NCBI RefSeq assembly: GCF_000142905.1
Contig: NW_013657655.1
Location: 248,001 to 312,000, forward strand
Length of the DNA: 64,000 nucleotides
Direction: 5' to 3'
Origin: Thecamonas trahens ATCC 50062
Taxonomy: Eukaryota; Protista; Apusomonadida
Within the stretch, counting starts at the first letter, position 1. Each line of letters begins with the position of its first letter. The position numbers and the translations under genes are program-made. Positions 1-9,965 of the stretch are shown here, piece after piece. The notes beneath the pieces were generated by a model. The model ran no database searches. It was not told the origin of the DNA and saw only the letters and a program-made list of their open reading frames with translations.

Positions 1-1370
1 CCGCAACGGAGCCGCCCACCAGCGAGACCGACCGGCCGATCGAGAGCTGCGCCATGAGCATGGCCCAGCCCGAGCCGACACGCTCCGGCCCGCCCATCAT
101 CATGTCCAGCGGGATGAAGACCTCCTCGCCCTGGACAGTCCCGTTCATAAACGCAAGGCCCATCGGGTCGTGCCGCGGACCCATCTCGAGACCCGGGTGC
201 GACCGCGGGAGGAGCGCCACAGAAATGCCCTCCTTGGCCCCGTTGATGCCAGTGAGCAGGCCGTCCGGGTCGGTGACGTCGATGGCGAGGCCGACAAGCG
301 AGGCCACCGGCGCGAGCGTGATGTACCGCTTCGAAAATGATGCCACAATGCCGAGCTTGCCGTCGCGCTCCACCACAACGCCGCGGTCGCGCATCGTTGC
401 CGCGTCCGAGCCCGACGTCGGGCCAGTGAGGCCAAAGCACGGGATGTCGACACCCTTGGCCAGGCGCGGCAGGTAGAAGTCCTTCTGCTCCTGAGTGCCA
501 AAGTGCTGCAGCAGCTCGGCCGGGCCGAGCGAGTTGGGCACCATGACCGAGACCGCTCCGGCCGCCGATCGCGTCGCAATGCGCTCGATGATGAGCGCGT
601 GCGCGTGCTGCGAAAAGCCGAGCCCGCCAAACTCGGGCGAGATGCAGAGGCCCATGAAGCCCTTCGACCGAATGTAGTTCCACACCTCCACAGGCAGGTC
701 CTTGTCTTCGTTGACCTGGTAGTCGTCGATCATCTTGCACAGCGTGTTGACCTCGTTGTCCATAAACGACTGTTCCGCAGCCGTCAGCTTGACCTCACGG
801 TACGTCGTATCCACGTCAAACGCCTTGGTATCGCCAGCATACACCGCCTGGTCAAACCCGACCGTGCCGGCCTCCAGCGCATCACGCTCCGTCTCGGAGA
901 TCTTCGGCGTCACCTTCTTGGCCACCTTGTACGCGTAGTTGAAGATGGTCCGGGCGCCTGTGCGGGGGATCGTGGCAAGGTGACGAGGGGTGAGGCGGTG
1001 GAGGGGGCACGGGGGAAGGAGGGGGGGGGGGACCACAGCAGGGAGAGGGAGGGGGGGGGAAGCGAGAGAGAGAGAGACCAGAGCGGGAGGGAGGGAGGGG
1101 AAGGGCGTCGCTATCCGAAGCGTGCTGTTGGGACAAGGGCAAGAAGGCGCAGCGCAGCGGGTGCGGCGGCTGACGCGTCGGCGGGTAGGCAGGTCGTCAG
1201 CCGGGCCGAGCTGAGGATGACGGGGACGGGCATGGTAGCGAGGGGAGGGATGGAACTGGGGCAGACATACCGAGGCCGGTAGGGGCAGTGGCAAGGAGGG
1301 TGCGCGAGGTGGCAGCCGTGGCCACGGCGCGCGCCATGGCCGTAGAGGCAGCGTAGCGGATGGAGAACAT
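1..1370 (-). CDS. FadE-type acyl-CoA dehydrogenase with mitochondrial-like presequence (3' end beyond window start)
   Basis: Exon 1 1370-1271 (MFSIRYAASTAMARAVATAATSR...), GTATGT...CAG intron 1270-958. Exon 2 reads KKVTPKISETERDALEAGTVGFD...FGLTGPTSGSDAATMRD...SFSKRYITLAPVASLVGLA...GWAMLMAQLSIGRSVSL, matching bacterial FadE motifs. Confidence 0.88.
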
Positions 1371-1780
1371 GTCGAGCAGTGTGCTCACTTTGCCACTCAA
1401 ACGTCGGTGTGTGGCTAAAATTGCCAAATGGTGGTGCCTCGCAGGAGGGGGGGGGGGGGGGGAGTGGAAGAGGTGAAAGTGCAGGGTGGTGCTGCCGTGG
1501 ACGGGGGGAGCCCAGATCGATGGCTCACAGTTGCGATCATGAGCACCATGCGAGACCAAATGTCGAAGATGCGGCGGCAGCGAGTGTACTGCACCCGTGC
1601 ATCAGCATCGCTACCGTCATCGTCATCGTCATCATCGTCATCTCAATCGCAGCCCGCCATCAATGTGTTTGTAACTGTGTTTCGTCCGCGCCGTTGGCTG
1701 TCTGTGGCGGGCATGCCGAGCGATCAACGAATCTCATCTCAAAAGTCAAACTTTCGCACTCTGCCACACAGCTCGCCATC

Positions 1781-2401
1781 ATGCAAACGACGGCAAGCGA
1801 CAGGACGGGGCACATCGAGGCTGCGGGTGACTATAAGACGGTGGGGCGGGACAGAGGCGCGTGGACCCGCAAGGTGATGGGCCCGGCGTCGCCGCTGCGA
1901 GAGCTCAACGGGCGGCCGCCGGCGGCCGCGTCACGGAAGCGCAAGCGGCCGGCCAACGGTTGCGGCGAGAGTGAGGCTGCGGAGAACCGGGTGCGTGCGC
2001 GGGCCAAGACCGAGCCGCCGCGAGAGTATCGCTGCACCTACGCCCAGTGCTCGTTTGCGTACACGGGAGACATTTCACTGTTGTACAAACACGTCGTCTC
2101 GTGCCATGCCGAAGGGCCGGGCCTCTACACCGGCAACCTCGCCGGGGTGAGCAGCACGACGAGCGTGCTCGACAAGTTGCGCGGCGCGGGCAAGTCGCGG
2201 GGTGGTGCAAGCGGAGGCCTGCCGTCGCCCGTCGACCGCATCAAGGCCGAGGCCCAGCGCGGGCTCTCGCCGGCGCGCGACACCCGTGCGTGCGCCCGGC
2301 GGTCGTGGATGACCCGGACGCGGGCGGCCGGCCGCGGCAAGTCCAAGCTCCGCAGAAGCGAGTGTGAGGGCAACCGGTTCATTACCAACGACCAGCTGTA
2401 A
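1781..2401 (+). CDS. Small basic protein with one C2H2-type zinc finger
   Basis: YRCTYAQCSFAYTGDISLLYKHVVSCH; NLS-like SRKRKRP. Start uncertain (ATG 1781 or 1877). Confidence 0.55.
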   Translation: MQTTASDRTGHIEAAGDYKTVGRDRGAWTRKVMGPASPLRELNGRPPAAASRKRKRPANGCGESEAAENRVRARAKTEPPREYRCTYAQCSFAYTGDISLLYKHVVSCHAEGPGLYTGNLAGVSSTTSVLDKLRGAGKSRGGASGGLPSPVDRIKAEAQRGLSPARDTRACARRSWMTRTRAAGRGKSKLRRSECEGNRFITNDQL

Positions 2402-2407
2402 CCTGGG

Positions 2408-3607
2408 TCATGCCGCGTTCTGCACAAGGAGCGGCGGGTAGGCACGCGAGTGCACGGCCTTGCGGCGTGCGCTCTTCGGCCTCACCCACCGCCAGTACGC
2501 CAGCGCGAGCATGGCGGCAATGTTGACAACGACAAAGCCGAGGCCGACGCCAAAGACGACCCAGAACCCGCGGGTCACTTCTTCACAGTACGACGTCTCG
2601 CCGTTGAACGCTGCAGCGTCACCAAAACACACCCTCACGTCGGCCGAGACATGGTCCCGCTTGGCAAGATGCGGCAGGTGCTCGAGGCAGTGCTGCTCGT
2701 CGAGCGCGCCCATCGAGGTGAGGGCAAAGAGCGAGCAGTCGGTAAACTTCTGAGAGCATCGAGTGCAGAGCCACGGGCCCTGAAAGGTGGTAAAGCCCGA
2801 GCCGGTCATGGTCGGATACGCGGCCGGGAGGACGGCAAAGACAAAGACAAAGGCGACAAAGGCGATCCACACGCTCAGAGGCCCCACCCAGCGCAGGCGC
2901 GACCGCGAACACCACGACCCGCCGGCGCCGGCGCCGCCACCACTTCCGCGCCCGCTCTGGAGCTCCAGCGGGCGCGCCCCCAGTAGCGAGCTCGCGCCGG
3001 TCGTCGACTTGAACGCATACAGGTCGAGCGCGCCCGGCAGGTTGACGTGCAGGTAGTGGCCGTCGTGGACGACGTAGCAGCCAAAGACAAATGCTGGGTT
3101 GGCCGACGACGAGAGGTAGACGTGCCACGGCGCGCCGTAGAACTGGTGCAGCGCATCGCGAAAGTTGTGCGCTGCATCTGACGAGACCGAGGTGGCCATC
3201 TCGAGGGCGAGCGACACAATGTGGGTGGTCTCGGTCTCCGGCAGCGTCGTCTTGCGGATGTCGAGGCCGGCCACGCCGGCGATGCGGTCGAGCGGAAGTC
3301 GCGGCGGCGTCCGGCTCGCCGGGCGCTCCATGGTCACGGGTGGGGCCTGGTACAGCTGGTAGTTGACGCCGTCGAGGTTGAAGAACAGCATGGTGCCCTT
3401 GGTGTACTGGAACCGCGAGGTCATCTTCCGCCGCGTTGCCGTTGCCAGCCATGTCCCGCCACGGCTGGCCTTGAGCGCCGTCACGATCGCCCTGCACCGA
3501 TGGGTAAAGTTGCGTGGGTGCTCTGCCGCCGCCACCCGCACCACTTCGGTCGCCGCTGTCACCTCGTCGGCCGCCATGTCCGTCTGGTGGACCCGCAGTG
3601 CAGCCAT
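2408..3607 (-). CDS. Tandem dynein light chain LC8-like domains plus two transmembrane helices
   Basis: Two LC8-like units (LRVHQTDMAADEV...GGTWLA...MLFFNLDGVNYQLYQ; LDIRKTTLPETET...FYGAPWHV...LDLYAFKS), then hydrophobic helices VWIAFVAFVFVFAVL and FWVVFGVGLGFVVVNIAAMLALAYW around a Cys-rich loop. Confidence 0.7.
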   Translation of the reverse strand: MAALRVHQTDMAADEVTAATEVVRVAAAEHPRNFTHRCRAIVTALKASRGGTWLATATRRKMTSRFQYTKGTMLFFNLDGVNYQLYQAPPVTMERPASRTPPRLPLDRIAGVAGLDIRKTTLPETETTHIVSLALEMATSVSSDAAHNFRDALHQFYGAPWHVYLSSSANPAFVFGCYVVHDGHYLHVNLPGALDLYAFKSTTGASSLLGARPLELQSGRGSGGGAGAGGSWCSRSRLRWVGPLSVWIAFVAFVFVFAVLPAAYPTMTGSGFTTFQGPWLCTRCSQKFTDCSLFALTSMGALDEQHCLEHLPHLAKRDHVSADVRVCFGDAAAFNGETSYCEEVTRGFWVVFGVGLGFVVVNIAAMLALAYWRWVRPKSARRKAVHSRAYPPLLVQNAA

Positions 3608-3881
3608 AGCGGGTGTATGTGTGTGGGGGGGAATGGTGTGGTGTGGTGTGTGGTGTGTGTGTTTGTGTGTGTGTGGTGGTGGAGTGTAAAGTGGTGGTGT
3701 GTGTGTCTGTGTGTGTCTGTGTGTATGTGTGTGTGTGTGTGTGGCAGGGAGAGGCGGTGGGGGTGGCATGCGCCAGCAGCTTATTAGCTTGCATGCACCA
3801 CCTGCCGCTCGGTTGCTGCCATGGCATCCACCCTGCCACCGCTACCCCACGATCTGTCCCTCAAGCTGCTGTTTGGGGAAA

Positions 3882-4478
3882 TTAGCTTTCGCTGGGAGCT
3901 TGTGCGGTTGTACATCCATCGGCCCATGTGCGGAGCTGGGCCTCGTACACCTCATCAGGCTGGACAGAGGGACGGCAAGCGCGGACACGGGCAAGCGCAT
4001 CGTCGTAGCCGAGCCCGAGTGCGCGCATTACGTAGCTGACGACGATGGCTCCAGATCGGTTGACGCCACGGAGGCAGTGGACAAGGACGCGGCCGCCGCT
4101 GGCCCGGGCGCCGTCGATGAACCCATGCGCATCATCAAGCACTGCTGTAATGTCCTCGTCTGCTGCGTGGGTGAGCCCGATGACCCGCAACGCGTCCGCT
4201 CCGCCCGCCTCCACCAGATAACTCTCCACCTCATCAGGGTGGCACACGTCCTTGTCCATGCACAGAACGTGCGTGATACCAGCCTTGCGCAGTGCCATCA
4301 CGTCGCTTGCCGCCCGGAACCCGCCAAGATGCACCTGTCCATGCCGCGAATCGTCCACCACCCCGTATCCCGCCGCGACACCCTCGCTCCCTTTGTCACC
4401 GTCCGACGCGCCGCCGCACGCCTCGGCTGAGCCTACCACCACCAGGTCAAATGCTATCTGCCCGGGGATGGTGAACAT
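3882..4478 (-). CDS. Dual-specificity protein phosphatase
   Basis: CX5R motif VLVHCLRGVNRSGAIVVSYVM; LRKAGITHVL; RACRPSVQPD. Confidence 0.9.
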   Translation of the reverse strand: MFTIPGQIAFDLVVVGSAEACGGASDGDKGSEGVAAGYGVVDDSRHGQVHLGGFRAASDVMALRKAGITHVLCMDKDVCHPDEVESYLVEAGGADALRVIGLTHAADEDITAVLDDAHGFIDGARASGGRVLVHCLRGVNRSGAIVVSYVMRALGLGYDDALARVRACRPSVQPDEVYEAQLRTWADGCTTAQAPSES

Positions 4479-4913
4479 GGCCAATGTCGCGACGTGTGGG
4501 TCGGGCTCGGGCTCGATGCGGTGGCCGGCCGTGAAGCCTGGCGGCCACGGGGAGCAGACACCGATTTGGGGGGAAGGGGGAGTTCAGCTTGACCCGGCGT
4601 CATCCCGGCGTCAGTCACTCATACACCACAGACAGGCACCCACCCACGAACACCACCTCAGCCCTAACTAGCAACCTATCCATTGTCTCGACCATGTGTG
4701 CGGCATGCGCCCGCATGCTTCACTGCGTCTGAGAGCTGTGTGCCTGGCGTATGCCGTGACAAACCACACACGTCATCGCGGCGTCATCTCCCGTCATCAC
4801 TGCGTGGCGCCAATTCGAGTCGCACTGATCTGATCCCCAGACGGTACGCTCTTGCCGCCCGCAGCATCACCCCTCTTCAAGACAAGACAGGACAGCCAAA
4901 CAACAGTAGAACC

Positions 4914-5465
4914 ATGCTTCGCAATCTGGGACAGAGCATCGTGCGGGCCGCCGGCGCAGGGCGGAATTGGACGTCGTCGGCGGTGTCGGCCAAGGTCGCC
5001 CAGCTGCCCGTCCTGCGGGCGACGGGCGGAACCGAGGTCAAGGCCGAGGAGGCACTGGCGGGCAAGACGGTGGTCGTCGGCGTCGTCGGAGCCTTTACCG
5101 GCGTCTGCACCTCGGAGCACGTGCCGGCCTACGCTCGCGCTGCTGAGGCGTTGAAGGCCAAGGGCGTCGACGGCGTTCGCGTGGTCTCGGTCAATGACCA
5201 CCTCGTCATGGACGCCTGGGCAGAGTCGATGGGTCTCGCTGGTGAGGCCGGCAAGGCTGCAGGCATCGAGTTCCTCTCCGACCCGGACGCCTCGTTCACC
5301 TCGGCGCTCGATCTCTCTATCGACCTCTCGGGCGCCGGCCTCGGCACCCGCTCGCAGCGCTACGCCATGATCGTCGAGAACGGCCAGGTCAAGGACGTGT
5401 TCGTGGAGACCGTCCCGTCCGAGGTCTCTGTCTCGGGCGTCGACCACGTTCTCTCCAAGCTGTAA
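4914..5465 (+). CDS. Type II peroxiredoxin (Prx5/PrxIIF-like), probably mitochondrial
   Basis: GAFTGVCTSEHVPAY, VSVNDHLVMDAW, GLGTRSQRYAMIVENG; Arg/Ser-rich presequence MLRNLGQSIVRAAGAGR. Confidence 0.92.
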   Translation: MLRNLGQSIVRAAGAGRNWTSSAVSAKVAQLPVLRATGGTEVKAEEALAGKTVVVGVVGAFTGVCTSEHVPAYARAAEALKAKGVDGVRVVSVNDHLVMDAWAESMGLAGEAGKAAGIEFLSDPDASFTSALDLSIDLSGAGLGTRSQRYAMIVENGQVKDVFVETVPSEVSVSGVDHVLSKL

Positions 5466-5533
5466 ACTCCCACTTGAGCCACACAATGCTGGCCTCTTTG
5501 CCTCCCCATTTATCGATCTCGCACGCGCCGCCG

Positions 5534-6081
5534 CTACAGATGCTCGTCGGCGAGCGCCCGGACCTTGGCGGCAAACGACGGCGAGGTGATCGGCGAGTTG
5601 AGCTTGTAGAATGGGTTAAGCGCCATCTTCATGTACAAATCGTAGACGCGGGTAAAGAAGGTTCGGATGCCGTCGTCGTTGCGCGCATCATGGAGGATGA
5701 GGAACCGGATGTTGCCGGCCGTGACAAAGGCCGAGACCTCCCACTCCTCAAACTTGTCGACCTTGCGAAGGAACATGTTCTGCGTCCGCCACATCTCCTC
5801 ATCCACAACGTCCAGCGCCGAAAACAGCACAAAGTGCGTCAGTACGTCCTTCTGATCCGCCTACACCTCGTCCACCTTGCCTCGGTCAGTCGCGCATGAT
5901 CGTCGCCCCCCCCCCCTCCCTCCACTCCCCCCTCTTCTTATTCCCCATCCTCTCGACATACCTTGTCCATACCCGACGAGAGGCCGACCGAAGCCAGCGA
6001 TGCGGCCTTGCCGTTGTTAATCACCTGGTTCTCAAACAGCAGCGTGTCGTCCGAGCCCACCATGACGAAGAACGAGTTCAT
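5534..6081 (-). CDS. TRAPPC2: TRAPP complex subunit 2 (sedlin/Trs20)
   Basis: Exons 6081-5962 and 5860-5534; GTATGT..CTGAC..TAG intron. HFVLFSALDVVDEEMW..MFLRKVDKF..VSAFVTAGNIRFLILH..LNPFY. Confidence 0.93.
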
Positions 6082-6419
6082 GGCTCGCCTTGCTCAAGGA
6101 GTCAGCCACAGCCACAGCCACAGACACAGACAAAGTCACAGACACAGACACGGACACGGAGACAGACACAGATACGCGCACGCACACACGCCCCGCCTGG
6201 CTCTCTCTCTCTTTCTCTCTTTCTCTCTTTCTCTCTTCGGCGCAACTCGAAAGAGAGTCGAGTGCGTCGTCGTCGTCGCCGTGGCTGGCCCTGGCCTTGC
6301 CTCCGCCTCCGGCAGCACGGTATCCGGCCACGGTACTGCCTTGCCCGTCCATGGCCACTGTGAGTCATCTGATAAGGCTGCTGGGAAAAGAGTGTTTGTT
6401 GCACGAGAGGCGGCCTGGT

Positions 6420-7721
6420 TCACATCGCGGCGGTCTCGCGGGCATAGACCCGGACAAGGTGCAGCGGACCGATGGTCATGGTCTTCCACGTGTCGTGGGC
6501 GGTCCAAGGTGCGCGATGCGGCGCCCATACGAGGCGGGTGGCGGCGAGGAGGAGGCCATGGAACGGGAGGAGAAGCCAGAAGAAGAACGGCCACAAAGCA
6601 TAGAGCGTCCACGCGGCGAGATGCCCGACCCGGGTCTTGCCGGCGAGCCGGAACGAGAGCAAATGGACAACAAAGACCATGGCGAGCGAAAAGTACGCCA
6701 CCGAGGCGGAGCGGGCGCCGGCGACGACGCCGGCAGCAGTCGGCGGAGCCATCAGCGTGCCAGACGACGGGCCAGGCGCGCGACGCGGCGCCCTGCCGCT
6801 ACCGGCACGGGTCGCTGCAACCCGCTCGACCATCCAGCTCTGGATGATGGAGAGAACCTGGCCAAACTGGTCGTCGTTGTGCAGCTCGTGCTTGCCCTTG
6901 GCCAGGATGTGGGCAGCAGCTGCGCCGTCGGGGACAAGCGAGGCAAACTCGACCGAGGCCGTCGGGTCGGTGATGACGTCGTCTTCGCCGTGGAGGACAA
7001 TCATCGGATAGGCAAAGTCCGGCGCGGCGTCCATGGCGGCGTCGGCGGCCGAGAGCATCTCGTGGGCAAAGCGGACGGTCATGAACGGCAGGGTGAGGCG
7101 GTCGTTGACCACCTTGTCAACCTCGGCCGACCGCGAGGTGAGCGAGCACGGATCAATGTTTGAGCCGACGAGGAACTCGCCAAAGAGCGGCTTGGCAAGG
7201 CCGAGTAGGACCTTCTTCCACGCCGGCAGCGGGATCTTCGAATGCAGCCGAAGCATGGGCGAGGTGGCGATGAGGCCGGCCAGCGGGAGGCGCGGATACG
7301 TCTGCAGGTAGCGGATGCACAGCAGACCACCCATCGAGTGCCCGTAGAGGAAGCACGGCAGACCCTCGTACGCCCGCTCGTGGATGACCCGCAGATCCTC
7401 CACCAGCCAGTCAAACTGCCCGTCGGCGCGCGGGCCACCAGACATGCCATGCCCGCGCAAGTCGAGCGCATGCACCACCGCCCCGCCCGCCACAAGCGCC
7501 TTGGCCACATGCGCAAACCGGCCTGAGTGTTCGCCAAAGCCGTGGACGAGGACCACCGTCGCCACACGGGCCGCAGAAGGCGCCGGTGAGAACCGCCGGT
7601 ACAGCAGCAGCAGCCCGTCGTGGCTCTCCACGTACTCCTCCACATCCACCTCCAGCCGGTTGATCGTCGCATACGACGTCGTGTACGACGGCATGGTCCG
7701 TCCTTGTGCTCCTGATGCCAT
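6420..7721 (-). CDS. Alpha/beta-hydrolase, monoacylglycerol lipase/lysophospholipase family, with hydrophobic C-terminal extension
   Basis: VHGFGEHSGRF, DLRGHGMSGG, nucleophile GHSMGG, LHGEDDVI, GKHELHND. Confidence 0.9.
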   Translation of the reverse strand: MASGAQGRTMPSYTTSYATINRLEVDVEEYVESHDGLLLLYRRFSPAPSAARVATVVLVHGFGEHSGRFAHVAKALVAGGAVVHALDLRGHGMSGGPRADGQFDWLVEDLRVIHERAYEGLPCFLYGHSMGGLLCIRYLQTYPRLPLAGLIATSPMLRLHSKIPLPAWKKVLLGLAKPLFGEFLVGSNIDPCSLTSRSAEVDKVVNDRLTLPFMTVRFAHEMLSAADAAMDAAPDFAYPMIVLHGEDDVITDPTASVEFASLVPDGAAAAHILAKGKHELHNDDQFGQVLSIIQSWMVERVAATRAGSGRAPRRAPGPSSGTLMAPPTAAGVVAGARSASVAYFSLAMVFVVHLLSFRLAGKTRVGHLAAWTLYALWPFFFWLLLPFHGLLLAATRLVWAPHRAPWTAHDTWKTMTIGPLHLVRVYARETAAM

Positions 7722-7762
7722 ACCTGTGTCTGTATGTGAATCTGTGTGTGTGTGTGTGTGTC

Positions 7763-7808
7763 CTGACGACCTGACGACCTGACGACCTGACGACCTGACG
7801 ATCTGACG
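7763..7808 (+). repeat. 8-nt tandem repeat (CTGACGAC), about 5 copies, upstream of the hydrolase start
   Basis: ctgacgacctgacgacctgacgacctgacgacctgacgatctgacg read directly. Confidence 0.85.
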
Positions 7809-8196
7809 AACTGATGACTCGGCGAACGAGTGGCTGCGACGAGTGTTACGACTGGTTCGAGGCGCTACCACTCGCAGCCGCTGGCACCCTACTTGGTCAA
7901 GAGCTCCGATGGCATCGACTCAGTCGGCTCGTGAGAAGCGGGAAGTCATTCACCACCCTTTTGATGACGATGCGCGAATACGACGACGGCCAGCGCGCTC
8001 TGGGCGCCCAACTACTACCTTGATCTCGCGTCAACGCGGAGCCTTGGGCTACAGCTCGTGTACACGCAGGTCACCGTGCCAATCACCACATTGTGCTGGC
8101 ACAGAGGGTCAGACCGTATAGCCAGTGGAGCGACGGCTCGGTTGGCAGCCGAGAATGTTGCATCATGGGAGCTGTACATCGATAGCTGGTCCATAA

Positions 8197-9756
8197 TTAT
8201 GCCTGCCCGCCACTGCGGATGCTCGCCAGCGCAGCAAAGACATCGGCCCGGGTGGTGAGCTTGGCTCGGCTCTGCCCGCTCGCACTGCCGGCAGCAATCT
8301 CCATCGCATCGAGCGCCTTCCAGTCAGCGTACGTCGTGACCCATTCGTCGACAAGAGCAGGATCGAGACCGGCGAGCGCAGCAAGGTCCGGGGCCGGTCG
8401 TGCTACCCCCGCCTCCTTGGCTGCGAGATCGCTCACGACTGCGTCGGCAGTCTCGACCGCGTCGTTGAGCGTGGCGACAATGACGCCGCGCGGCCCGCGC
8501 TTGACCCATCCAGCGGCGTAGAGGCTGTCCTCACCGACAACTCGCCCGGCGACATTTGGCACGACGCCGCGGACTTCGTCAAACGGCGCGCCCGGAAGCG
8601 GGACCGACCGATACCCAATCGAAGTAACGACGAGCGACGCGGGAATGACCGCGCTTGCCCCGGCCACCGCCCGCGACGCGTTCGGATCGTTCGGATCACG
8701 TTCCATGAGCTGGACCTTGACGCCGGCGACGCCGCTCCCGGTCTCATCGGCCACAAACCCAATAGGCTGGGTGTAGAACGCCATGGTGAACGCCTTGGCG
8801 CTCGCCGCTGCCACAGGTTCGTTCAGCCCGGACCCGTGCCCGTGCTCAAAGGCGGAGGCCAGGAGCTTGAACACCCGCGTTCGCACCCGATCGCCGGCCA
8901 GCGCCTTGGCCACGCTCACGTGCTTGGGTGACCACTCGTCGGCGTGCGCTACACCGCGTGCATGGACGCTCAGTCCCGACAACTTAGTCATCTCCCGGAG
9001 CTCCTTGGTGGTGCATGCCGCGTGCTGCGGCCCGCGTCGCCCTATCGCGGTCACCTTGCCGAGGCTCTGATACGCCGCCGCCAGCACATCGCCGACCGAC
9101 CGTGGCATGTCGGTTGCCCTTAGTGCCTCGGGCGGCGATACCAGCATTCGCGCCACGTCCAGCGCCACGTTGCCGTGTCCGATCACCGCCACGCTGGCGT
9201 CGTCTACGTTGGCCACCCGCGCCCGCACCAGGCCCTCCATGTCGGCCGCGCCCAGCGCTCCGTTGTACCACTCGACAAACGCCCGCGCAGGCACAATACC
9301 CTCCAGATCCGCGCCGTCCACGCCGTCCAAGCTCTTCTCGGCCTCGGCGCCGTAGGCCAGGACGACGGCATCGTACGCCTCGCGCAGATCGCCCAGCGCT
9401 ACCCGCGGCTGCGGCACGCCATCAGCCTCGCCCAGGCCGGACTTGCCCACACCCACATTCCCCATAAACCGGAACCGGTCGGAGAACCGGTCGGCCATGG
9501 CGTCAAAGGTGGTCGTCACCAGCTTGACCTCGGGATGGTCTGGTGCCACTCCGTTGCGGACGAGGCCAAACGGGAGCGGTGACGCGTCGAGCACGTCCAC
9601 ACTCACACCGGGCGCACCCTCCAACACATACTTGGCCGTGTACAGACCCGACGGCCCGGCTCCAACCACACATACCCGCGCGCCTCCTGCTACGCTCCCC
9701 TGCGACCGCACCCCTGCCATGCCCACGCTCTGCATCCACCGCAGGCCCCGCATCAT
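8197..9756 (-). CDS. FDXR: Mitochondrial NADPH:adrenodoxin (ferredoxin) oxidoreductase
   Basis: VCVVGAGPSG, PFGLVRNGVAPDHPEVK, VIGHGNVALDVARML, GRRGP, LYAAGWVKRGPRGVI. Confidence 0.95.
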   Translation of the reverse strand: MMRGLRWMQSVGMAGVRSQGSVAGGARVCVVGAGPSGLYTAKYVLEGAPGVSVDVLDASPLPFGLVRNGVAPDHPEVKLVTTTFDAMADRFSDRFRFMGNVGVGKSGLGEADGVPQPRVALGDLREAYDAVVLAYGAEAEKSLDGVDGADLEGIVPARAFVEWYNGALGAADMEGLVRARVANVDDASVAVIGHGNVALDVARMLVSPPEALRATDMPRSVGDVLAAAYQSLGKVTAIGRRGPQHAACTTKELREMTKLSGLSVHARGVAHADEWSPKHVSVAKALAGDRVRTRVFKLLASAFEHGHGSGLNEPVAAASAKAFTMAFYTQPIGFVADETGSGVAGVKVQLMERDPNDPNASRAVAGASAVIPASLVVTSIGYRSVPLPGAPFDEVRGVVPNVAGRVVGEDSLYAAGWVKRGPRGVIVATLNDAVETADAVVSDLAAKEAGVARPAPDLAALAGLDPALVDEWVTTYADWKALDAMEIAAGSASGQSRAKLTTRADVFAALASIRSGGQA

Positions 9757-9965
9757 CGTTCCACTGCTGGACAAAGTTGAGTCGGGTCGAGTCGACTGGT
9801 GCCAACTTCCCCCATCGCTTTTCCATTTTGCCTGTTGCAGGGCAACACGAACGGCTCGACCCTATTGCCTGGCAACCAGGCCACAAAACAACACGCGATC
9901 TTGCGGCATCCCGACATGGATATCACTCCCCATCACACTGCAAGACCCTCACTGGACTACATTAC

